NCBI GenBank assembly: GCA_003971905.1
Contig: RSEE01000034.1
Span: 496,001-560,000 of the forward strand
From: Moniliella sp. 'wahieum'
Lineage: Eukaryota
Reading direction: 5' to 3'
DNA length: 64,000 nt
Shown here: piece by piece, positions 1 through 9,513 of the stretch
How positions within the stretch are numbered: the first letter of the stretch is position 1
Layout: each line of letters begins with the position of its first letter
Notes under the pieces: generated by a model
What the model was told of the DNA's origin: nothing
Databases searched by the model: none
The model's input: the letters and a program-made list of their open reading frames with translations, nothing else
Program-made: the position numbers and the translations under genes

Positions 1-6
1 GATGGG

Positions 7-3000
7 ATGATCGCTGGTCTTGGCCGTCTCCACAGCGTCCGTGGGGTTGCGACGGGTGACGCCGGGGACGGTGAAGCGATGCCCCCGCATCTCCACACTC
101 CGCCCGCCTTTTTTTGCCCCCAACACCACCACCGCCCAAGCGTCACGCCTGCGTCGGTGCTGGCTCTCGGCATGTCATTGCCGTCCTCCGCCTCCCTCAC
201 ACCGCGCAGTCCCCCTGTCCTCCCCCACAGCCCCCCGCCCGTGTCTCCCCACCTGGCTTGCTCCTCTGCCGGCATCCCAACACGCCTGCCCCCTCCCGCC
301 CGCCCCGAGCGCCACTCGCGCCCCTGTTCACCACCATCGCCCTCTTCCGCTTCGACCCAGATTGTTTCTGCCCCTGCCTCTCCCCGCCTCGACTCCCGTC
401 ATATCCTGCCCGCTCATCTGGGTAACGCCACTGAACGGGTGTCCCCACCACCACTGTTTGGTATCCCCCTTGGAAGCTCCATCACTTGCCCGCCAAGTTT
501 CGATGTGCGCCTCAATGTCCCCCAAGCCCGTTCATCATCCATGGACATCGAGCTGATGCGTACATCAGTCGAAGCTGGATCTGAGGAACGCTCGTCCATT
601 GGGGATTCCTTCCGCTCGCCAGACTTTGATAGTAGGATGCGTGGCATTAACCACCCTCCCCCTTCATTCAACATCCCCAGCGACAAAGCGTCTTCTCTTT
701 CCCGTTCCAGGTCCCTCCCTCAACATGGCCCGCTGTTGCCGATTCCTGGTCTCTTGTCAATGAGAGGGAACGTGTTGAAAGCCCAGCGGGGGGGGTGGAG
801 AGTAGTTGGGTCACCCCTGCCCTCAATTCTCAATCCTACACGGCCCTCCATGACCATGACTCGGTTCGTTTTCATCTACGCACGTTCTAGGCAGATTGCT
901 GACGTTGCTTTGCATTCGTACTAGCAGGAGTACGGTATGGATCCCTTCTACTTAACTATCGAGGCAGCAGACGCGAGCTCCTCCCTGCACTCCTGTAACT
1001 CCCGCTCTTCCAGAAAGTCCAGTCGACACTCCGAAGACTCAGAGGATGCACCGAGTGGACAACCCAGTAACGCTTTCCCCCAGTTCCCTCTTCTTCGAAA
1101 CTTGCCTCTGGATCGGTGATGCCGCCCATGGTCGCTCTCACCAGTACTGCACCATCCAGGTCGACCTCATCAGTCACCCCCCCGATGATGTCGAGTCCTC
1201 ACGCAGCGGATCCTGGTACGCAAGCACAGGTCCAGCTACAAGAGCCTGTTGTTGCATACGAAAAGCATAGTGAGGTTGCCACTGACCCTTCTCCCCCTCT
1301 CTCTGCCATTTGGCGGCCACAGGCGATGTCTCGCCTTCGTCAGGGGAGATGGGGGCGAAGGATACGCCTCGTGGTAGTCCCCATTCTCATGACTCCGAAC
1401 AGCATACTCCGCTCGAGCAATTGGGCGATCGGCAATCGGTTGTGCCACAATCAGGTGTCGTGCAGTCGGATGCTTCAACGTCTCCGTATGCGTTTTCACA
1501 GAATTCTCGTGGGGAAGGTATTCCTCCCCCTACTCACATTGTTTCCCCTGACATTTCTGTTCTCGGAAAGGGCCCTCATTTGACTGAGCCAACGCAGTCT
1601 CATAATCCCCTTTCATCAGTCAAGACGGCCGCCTTGTCACCCCTCAACTCCAACTCAAGTGTGGCTCCATCGGGAACTACCGCCTCGTATGCCAACCTCT
1701 CATCCGGAAAGTTGGCTGGCATGACTCATGGTGTTAAGCATTCCCTTTTCTCTCGTCGCCTCCACCCGTCGAAGTCAAACGCTTCGTCCCAACACGACAC
1801 AAGCACACCCAGCACATCCTCCTCTGGTAGAAAGTTTCGCTCCGGGGGTTTCTTACCTTTCCGTCGGTCAAGTGCCCATCAAACGACCACAGAGACTCCC
1901 TCCTCCCCTCCTCTCGACTCGCTTTCCCCTACTACATCAGCCTCGTCTTCACGGCGGAAATCATGGATCAAACCAGCAGATGCACTTTTGCAGTCGCGCA
2001 GGCCTTCTTCGCCCGGATCATCAAGCAGCGCACGGCACGGCCGTTTGGAAAGAAATACCCGTCCTGCGCGCCCCGCAACCTCGCCTGCTCCAGTTCACAC
2101 CGTGACGGATCCACCACAGATGGCATCAACTAGGCGTGCTTCCTTGATGGACGATACGTTACCCGATCATCGACTTCAGCTGAAGAGCAACTCTCCCGTC
2201 CATGCTGGAAGTGCTTCTACTACTCTTGCAACTTCCGCGCCCTTTGGTGGAGGAGACGGCGAGTGCGTCACCACAACTGCTTCCGAAGCGCCTAGTGGCA
2301 ATGATGGTGTTGACCATCATTCGCTTAAGCCATCCTACCTCAAGCCTCTGGAGGGGGAAACAGCAGCCAACTATCTTGGTCGGCTGTCCGCTCAAATTGG
2401 GCGATCTCGTGTCGTTTCTTTCTTATCCACTTCGAGCGAAGAGGTGTGTATCGAAGGGCTTCAGGCCGCCCTAAATTCGGATGATTTTACCGGATGGGCT
2501 ATCGACTTTGCTTTGCGCAAGTTCTTAGCTGAGAACGAGCTCCCAAAGGAGACACAGCAGATTGATCGGGTCCTTCAGGCGTTTGCCCTGCGCTACTGCG
2601 CCTGTAACCCTCATATCCTCACTCGGGACCAAGCCTACGTTATCGCCTTTTCCCTGATCATGCTGCAAACGGACCATTTCAACACCAACAACAAGTCCCG
2701 TATGGACCTTGCCAGCTACATTCGCAACACCCAAGAGACAAGCAAACTTGCTACGGAGATCTTAATTGTTGGTACACCCTCTCTTTCATCCACATATAGT
2801 TACTAACTCTCCATCTTCCAGTACCTGTACGACAACACGACCGCCTGCGAGTTTATTTTCATCAATGGTGCCCCATCTGCAAATGGCCCGCGCAAATCAG
2901 CCGATGTGCCCAAGGTGCTCGCTCCATTTACTGCGAATACGGGACAAGGAGTAAAGAAAACACCCGATCCGTACAAGCTCATCAAGCAAGGCAGGGTCCA

Positions 3001-4330
3001 TGACTTTCATGTGGCCATCGACCAGGTTTTTCTTTCTCATCTTCAGCCCTACCTTCCGCCTCAATGCAACACCATCGACGACACGGCTATGCAACGCAAG
3101 TTTGTGGACGCACCCGTGTGCGAAGTGGTTAATACCCCACAGTTGGCCACCGTTTCTGCCGTACCAATCGTATCGCAGGCCAACCTTATTTCCAGTGTGG
3201 CAACCGATCCACAAGAAATGATTGTCCAGATTCCCTTGGTCAAAATTGGTGTCTTGCAACGGAAAGAGGACCGCAGGATCCGACGCTGGGGACTCATTAT
3301 ATCGTCCTGCCAGCTTCTCTGGTTTCGGGATACGGCGTTGTGTGAGAGGTTACAAGAGCGAATCCAATCCCCGATTCAGGCCTCGGCACAAGGTTCGGGG
3401 GAGACCTGCAATGTCGTTGCACCTCCTCTCACCGCCTTTTGCCCCGACGACATTACGTCCCTGGACGATGCGATCGCAGTCCAGGCAAGAGGACAATCGC
3501 CGACTTCCTTTTACATTGACTTTGATCACTTTGGCCAGAGACGACGATTGACGTGTGAAGCTCCCTCGCAGACGGAAATGATCGACTACATCAATACCAT
3601 CAACTACAGTGCTGCCTACAAATGGGCAGGCATTAGCAATCTCAAGGCGTTCGCAGAGGAGCAACGCACTTTGCTGGAGCGTGTCACTAACTGGCCCTCG
3701 GGCGACTTGCCGTCGATCTCCTCCCTTCATCCCGTTCCTGAAGAAAGGCCACCTAAGGTTGATACGGCTTCCCCTCCTCTTTGGGCTGCCCGCTTTTACT
3801 TGGCAGTGAGCGAGTATGACGCCGAACTCCGCGCACGCTTTGAGCGGGCGAGCGAGTCGTACGACAAGACCAAAGCCACCCTCGAGGCACAAACGCTCTT
3901 GGCTCGTCAGTTGCGCATTCTTACTCCCCTGCAACCAGAGACCCGGGACCGGATCACCGTAACTGCGACAGAGCTCGGTCGCACTCTCGCCGCCACACGA
4001 CTTGAGTGGTTACAAGCTCAACTGCGCAAACGGATCCTCGAGTACGACTTGGTTCTTGCTCGCCAGGCCGGCGTGCCAGAGTGGCTGGCAGCCAATGCTT
4101 TCCTTCGGTCGAGCGAGCGCTCCTCTGGCGCCGGCACTCTGACCGACGAAGGGCCCTCAACCCCTCCCGCCCCCACGACTTTGCCCCCTCCATCGACAAG
4201 TGCGTCTTCTTCCTTTCAAACATCACGTCAGTCTGTTCCCAGCGCCAAAAGATCAGTGGAACAGACGTCCCTCCCTCCCACCAGTCCTCCGCTCAGCACC
4301 GGACCTTTATATTGCCTCCCGCCCGGCTAA
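7..4330 (+). CDS. Sec7-domain ARF guanine-nucleotide exchange factor with PH domain (Syt1-like); 5' end uncertain and may lie outside the window
   Basis: ORF 1310..2806 has Sec7 motifs IDFALRKFL-LPKETQQIDRVLQAFA-YC-CNP and AYVIAFSLIMLQTDHFN-NNK-RM. An in-frame 54-nt intron 2768-2821 (GTTGGT...CTAAC...CAG) joins EILI|YLYDN to ORF 2906..4330, which has a PH-like segment (KIGVLQRKE..RRWGLIISSCQLLWF). A probable intron starts at 864; the N-terminal part is low-complexity and frameshifted. Confidence 0.85.
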
Positions 4331-4339
4331 GGGTTGATG

Positions 4340-4406
4340 CTCACTGATCCGAGGCTCCAGGTATTCCGCGGTGATTCCGTACCCCTTCCGTGGTATTCCG
4401 TAGTAT
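4340..4406 (+). repeat. Left terminal inverted repeat
   Basis: CTCACTGATCCGAGGCTCCAGGTATTCCGCGGTGATTCCGTACCCCTTCCGTGGTATTCCGTAGTAT; matches the reverse complement of 9220-9284. Confidence 0.93.
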
Positions 4407-4429
4407 TCCGTAGTTTGGATTCCGTGGCA

Positions 4430-4745
4430 TACCGTGCCCGTTCCGTACTTCTTCCGTACCACTTCCGTACCTCTTCCGTACCTCTTCCGTACCACTTCCG
4501 TGCCCGTTCCGTACCACTTCCGTACTTCTTCCGTACCACTTCCGTACCACTTCCGTGCCCATTTCGTACCACTTCCGTACCACTTCCGTACGCGTTCCGT
4601 ACGCGTTCCGTACCCATTTCGTACCACTTCCGTGCCCATTTCGTACCACTTCCGTACCACTTCCGTACCCGTTCCATACCCGTTCCGTACCTCTTCCGTA
4701 CCTCTTCCGTACCTCTTCCGTACCTCTTCCGTGCCCGTTCCGTGT
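4430..4745 (+). repeat. Left subterminal tandem array, 11-bp unit (C/G)TTCCGT(A/G)CC(A/T/C), about 28 copies
   Basis: Directly visible periodicity, e.g. cttccgtacca/cttccgtacct/cttccgtgccc. It explains the repetitive spurious ORFs at 4307-4923. Confidence 0.92.
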
Positions 4746-5472
4746 TCATACTGTTGTATTCTATGGGATAAGTGCGCCCCTCCATCTTGAAAAAAAAGTG
4801 AGAACGAAATCCATAGACACACCACACAGGTTAGAATTTTTTTTCAACCACGGAAACACCACAGAACTCCACGGGTTACCAAGGGTTACCACGGGTTACC
4901 ACGGAATGGAAATGGCGTCCTAGGGTTACACTAGGGTTAGCTTATAAGCCTTAGGGTTAGCTTATAATGCAATGTATCGGTACAGGGTTACATTGCTCAA
5001 TACTTTGGGGGCCTATATGCGGCCCTCACTAGCCTCATTGGCAGTTGTGTTACTTTAGATCCTTTAGATATATGGGACATCTCTGTTGGGCTAATAGTGA
5101 TTGTATTACTAAGGTGTGCTACGGGAGGCAAGCAAGGCAAGGCAATACTGGTGGAGAAGATGCAATCAGGCCTCAGGCCGTTAATCAGGGAAACGCAGCG
5201 TGAAGGCGCAACAGGAAGGGGCAGAACAGGCAGAATGGGGCCGCCTCGCGCGCAAGTTCCATCCACACAGCAATCGATCGTACCGTTGCTTGATATCACA
5301 AATGGTGGCATGCTCCCTTTGACATGCTATCGGTAATTCTCACTGCGGAAGTACGGGTTAACATACCAAGCACATCAGAGGTTGATATATGATACCAACA
5401 TGCATACCATGTAAGTCAGTGCCCAAGCATGTAAGTACCCACTTGTAGGAAGAGGTTAGTACCCAAGAAGCA

Positions 5473-5586
5473 GATCAGTACTCCCAGCAGGTCAGTACCA
5501 GCAGCAGGTCAGTACCAGCAGCAGGTCAGTATACCCAGCAGGTCAGTACACCCAACAGCAGGTCAGTACACCCCAGGTCAGTACAC
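5473..5586 (+). repeat. Imperfect tandem repeat, core CAGGTCAGTA(C), about 7 copies
   Basis: cagcaggtcagtac units with variable 2-7 nt spacers. Confidence 0.85.
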
Positions 5587-6569
5587 CTAGCAAAGACAGT
5601 ACTGGGACGATTGGTTGGTCGCCAACAGGACAGCAGGCATCAGTTGTTGAGATGCCGACAGATCTTTGGTTAGCACCTTACCCCAGTTTTGGTCTTCGGT
5701 TGGTCTGCAGGAAAGTGTGGAAATATATAGTGATAGGCATGTCGGGAAGGCGGTTGTTAGGGGGAAGAGGAGACCGGTGTGGAGGGGGGGAGGGGGGGGG
5801 GGGTATATATATCATTCAACTGTGAAAGGGGCGGTAAGAGGAGGACTGATGCAACAAGAGCAAAAGCAGTGTGGTTCTGGTGGGAAGGTGCACAGACCAG
5901 TAACGCCGACGCACGGACCCCCCACAGCTCAGCATATTAGCCCTGCGCTGTGCGTGTGGGAACAGCCCCTGGCAACCTCCGCAGCATACCCACACGCCAC
6001 CGAGCTCCGAGAGCTCCTGGCGCCTCAAAGCTCTAAACGTACCATTTATTACGTCCCAACAGTCCTGCTGAGCCACCGGGTGGCCCGTGCTTTTGCCAAC
6101 GTCCCTTCAGGTCCTCCTCAAGCCGGCCTAGGAGTTCCGTTTTGTTTCCTCCCTCCTGGTTGTCCTTGGTCCGCAGTTTTGCCCCTGGTGGCGACTCGCT
6201 GTCTGAAGCTTGATGCTCCTCTGTAGGGGTTGCTGGTTGACTTAGACCACCATCACCACCACCACCATCAGTGCGATTGTATCACCCTCGAGGACCATCC
6301 AGACTCCAGGTTTCATCAAAAGTCCACCCATCCGAGGGCCGGCACATGTACGCTCCTGTGGAGTATATACTAGCCGTGTGCGATGCGGCAAAATGAGGCC
6401 CCGGGAACGTCCGCGGAGCTCCAAAGGAGTACATATCACCCTCTGGCCCTCATGATGGTCCACTCTCCACGTCTTCGCCAGGTTTTCCCCTCGGTCCTCT
6501 CCATCATCATGTCCGCCTCCTGGTCCGCCCCCTGGTCCGCCCCCTGGAGTCGTTTACTCTTCAGACCAC

Positions 6570-8153
6570 GGTAATGTACAACATCGCTGACGCTAAAGCA
6601 CAGCAAGCACATCTATGGCAAGTGTGTCCGGCGAGCGAGCGTGCCGCCCTTGCGATATTGTTGGGCGCAAGAGGCATGGGGGTGGGGTATATTGGCCAAC
6701 GACAACATATCCCTCTGAAATTTGCCCGCTGCTGGGCGACGGAAGCGATGATATTGATACCATCCATTCTCCGTTGCGCATACCCGAAGACTGGGTCAAA
6801 CTGCAGAGTACAACGCACAAGAGCTTGAAGACCATGGGTCAGTCGCAAGCCAGAATTGTTTCAAGGCAGATACAGGATGGCCGACATTACCTCAACCTGA
6901 AAGCGCCTCTCATCATCATATGTGCCCTTCCTTTCATCCTGTTGAGCCCATGCACACCACCTTTCTCAATCTGAGAAGAACGGTCTACGTGATCCAAGAT
7001 TGCCCATACATTTGGGTGCCGCCCATGTTGACCTTTTTAACGAGTTTCAGATGAAGTGTGCGTCCTCATTCCCGAAACAGTTGTGTTTCTTATACTGATT
7101 TGAATGAGCTAACCTTGAAACACAGGTCGATTAGGTTTCTTCCTTCTTCGTTTTGTAGTGGAGTGCCTCGTTCGATTGGTTCTGCTTGTAACAGCGGCAT
7201 GCGCATGTTTGAGATTGCAGTCAATATGAGTTGCATGCTTTATCCGTTCGTCAAGTTGCATTATCTGCCTCAGCAGATACTCGATCTGGTGGGAGCGTGA
7301 TGCTTAGGCTGTTTGTCAAACGGAAAATGTATGCTGCCGACGTCGAACGTCTCCGAACAACGGCCCTGCCATTTTGTCAACGGTTTCACGACTTCACTGT
7401 TCCAAACGGTCTGAACGAAGAGATCAACCACATTCGATCTCGGTGCACAACACTCTTCATTGGGCTGACAACATGTGGAGATACGGCAATTGGCAGGCGA
7501 TATGGACCGCCCCGGCAGAATGGGAACAGGGATGGTTGGGCCGCCATATCCGTTCGTTTACCAAACCGTATCCTGTCCTTGCTAACGAGGCGAGCAGGAG
7601 GAACCAGGATAACTTGGTTGGCATTCGCATGGATTCCATGCTCCCCCAAGCTATGACCACACTTTCGGTTGGGTTGAATCACAAACGAGAAGCTATTATT
7701 GATGGGCTCGATGGTGCAAGGGGGGATGCGCGTTGCTGTGCTCGTTCAACATTGACCCTACCGCCCATTTATCGATCTGGGCAGTAGCCGAGTGGGGCCA
7801 AAAATGAGAACAGGCAACGTGTTCGAGGGCAACAGGGTCAGAATGCCTCGTCCCGTCTAGGACACTGTGTGCAACTACTCACAACAAATGCAGGCATTGT
7901 ATAGCAATTGGCGCACGATGGGCACTGTTTCATGTTGATTGACTACTACATTGGGGTGGAGACCGATGAAGCGGGCTCCGAATACTACATTGTTGGTAGA
8001 ACTCATCCGATTGATGCTGAAGGTAATGCGTCTCTACCACGCGATGAACAAGGCTTTCACAGAGCGACGTTCGCATCAGTAAACAACATTGTCGTCCCAC
8101 TTGCCGACATTGGGTGGGTCATGGGACACATACCCTTGAGAAGGAAGTTCTGA
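6570..8153 (+). pseudogene. 5'-truncated, degenerate CACTA/Tnp2-family transposase fragment
   Basis: Motifs in order across frames: IADAKA..SGERACRPC..GVYWP; PVEPMHTTFLN; LPSSF..PRSI..MRMFE..LYP; LRLFVKR..VERL..FCQRF; HSISVHNTLHWADNMWRYGNWQAIW..E. Each is collinear with the corresponding motif of the transposase at 17259-20692. Confidence 0.8.
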
Positions 8154-9047
8154 GTTCGGATGCACTAGCACGAATTGCAGCGGATGACGACGTTTCTGAC
8201 GAGGAGGTTTGGATTTACCCTCACCCATTGGGTGCCGAACTTGGTGTCTGACAAAAACACTATAAGTGTTGCGTGTGCCAAGGTACATTTTATTCCCGAG
8301 GAAAAGAGAAGGGCAAAACAATATGCGTGCTGCCTTTGTTGGGTACTGTTTTGTTGGTGAAACGAAACGGAAATCAAATGGAGATCGGCATCAGAAATGC
8401 ACAGTGGAACTGGAAGCTATCAAGCACTGGGATCGATCGAAGACGAAGGCTCACGAGCAGAAGCTGTTGGCATAGGTGCAAAAGACACGCAGAAGACTGC
8501 TATTGTAGGTGTATAAGGTGCTAAGCGCTCTTAATAGCCTTGAAAGGATTGAGTGAGAGTGCTGCTGCCCTTTTGCACTCTACCATTTTTTCTCCAAGCC
8601 CAACGCCGGGCTAACGATTCTTCTTCCGAGTGTGCTCCCAAGTCGCACGCTCGCAAGTGTCAGTGTTGGCGAAGGGGGAACGGTGGCTAAGGTGGCGAAG
8701 GTTCCACGGTGGCTACGGTGGCGACCAAGCACCAGCTGGGGCTTCGCGTCGGCCCGGTGGTCTCCTTGTGGGTGATAAAAATCCTCCAGCGTGGAACGGT
8801 GGGCCGGTGGCTACGGTGGCGAGCAAGCACCAAGCACCAAGCTGGGGCGAAGCCCCAGCTGGCCGGGCCGTAGGCCCGGTGGTCTTCTAGTGAAATTTCA
8901 TTACTTGATTGCCAGGTCGAAATTTTTGCACGCTCGCAAGTGTTGCTCTTTCTCAACATTTCATTGCAGTAATGAAATTTGATTACCGATTGCCAGGTCG
9001 AGATTTTTGAGCCTGACTCCTTGAATTTCTAGCCGCCTCGCAAAACC

Positions 9048-9240
9048 CACCACGGAACACTCCGACATACCGCGACATGGCACGACATGTCGCGGACTAC
9101 CACCACATGTCGCGGAATACCACGGAACACCACAACATACCACGGAACGAAAAAAATCAAGAACCCGATGGCCACGAAATGACACGGATTCACCACGACA
9201 TACCACGACATACCACGACATACTACGGAATACCACGGAA
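9048..9240 (+). repeat. Right subterminal repeats, ~10-bp unit TACCACG(AC/GA)A
   Basis: taccacgaca and (t/c)accacggaa repeated; CCACGGAA is the reverse complement of the left-end TTCCGTGG motif. Confidence 0.85.
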
Positions 9241-9284
9241 GGGGTACGGAATTACCGGAATACCTGGAGCCTCGGCTCAGTGAG
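9220..9284 (-). repeat. Right terminal inverted repeat
   Basis: Reverse complement reads CTCACTGAGCCGAGGCTCCAGGTATTCCGGTAATTCCGTACCCCTTCCGTGGTATTCCGTAGTAT. Confidence 0.93.
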
Positions 9285-9513
9285 GTTGATGAAACGATAC
9301 GATTTGTAGTCCTCCTTTCCCTCAATTACTGTTGGCTTGTTGTTTATACATCCTTTGATTCTAGAAGCTCCCATCGGCCATTCGCTTGGACTGTGAGCCG
9401 TCTGCATCGCTTTTCCTTCTGTACTACGGAAATGAAAAACCAAGGCGATGCGAATGTGGAAAATGGGGGATGAGCCCGTGGGCGACGATCGAGGATCGAG
9501 GTGGAGGGATGGA

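Larger units (their letters stand above)
4340..9284. mobile_element. Non-autonomous/decayed DNA transposon with TIRs, CACTA(CMC/EnSpm)-related, flanked by the direct repeat GTTGATG
   Basis: Left end 4340-4406 and the reverse complement of 9220-9284 align over ~66 bp with 2 mismatches and a 2-bp indel. GTTGATG lies at 4333-4339 and 9285-9291. Subterminal tandem repeats are present at both ends, and an internal Tnp2 transposase remnant is present. Confidence 0.93.

Noticed and set aside
4307..4923. Six overlapping ORFs with repetitive peptides (GTEVVRKWY..., SVPLPYHFR...) and a superficially CRISPR-like look
   Set aside because: They arise from an 11-bp tandem repeat lacking stop codons; there are no unique spacers and no cas genes, and the context is eukaryotic.
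5816..6076. QDCWDVINGT resembles a Copia gag N-terminal motif
   Set aside because: A single short motif with no other gag/pol features or LTR pair.
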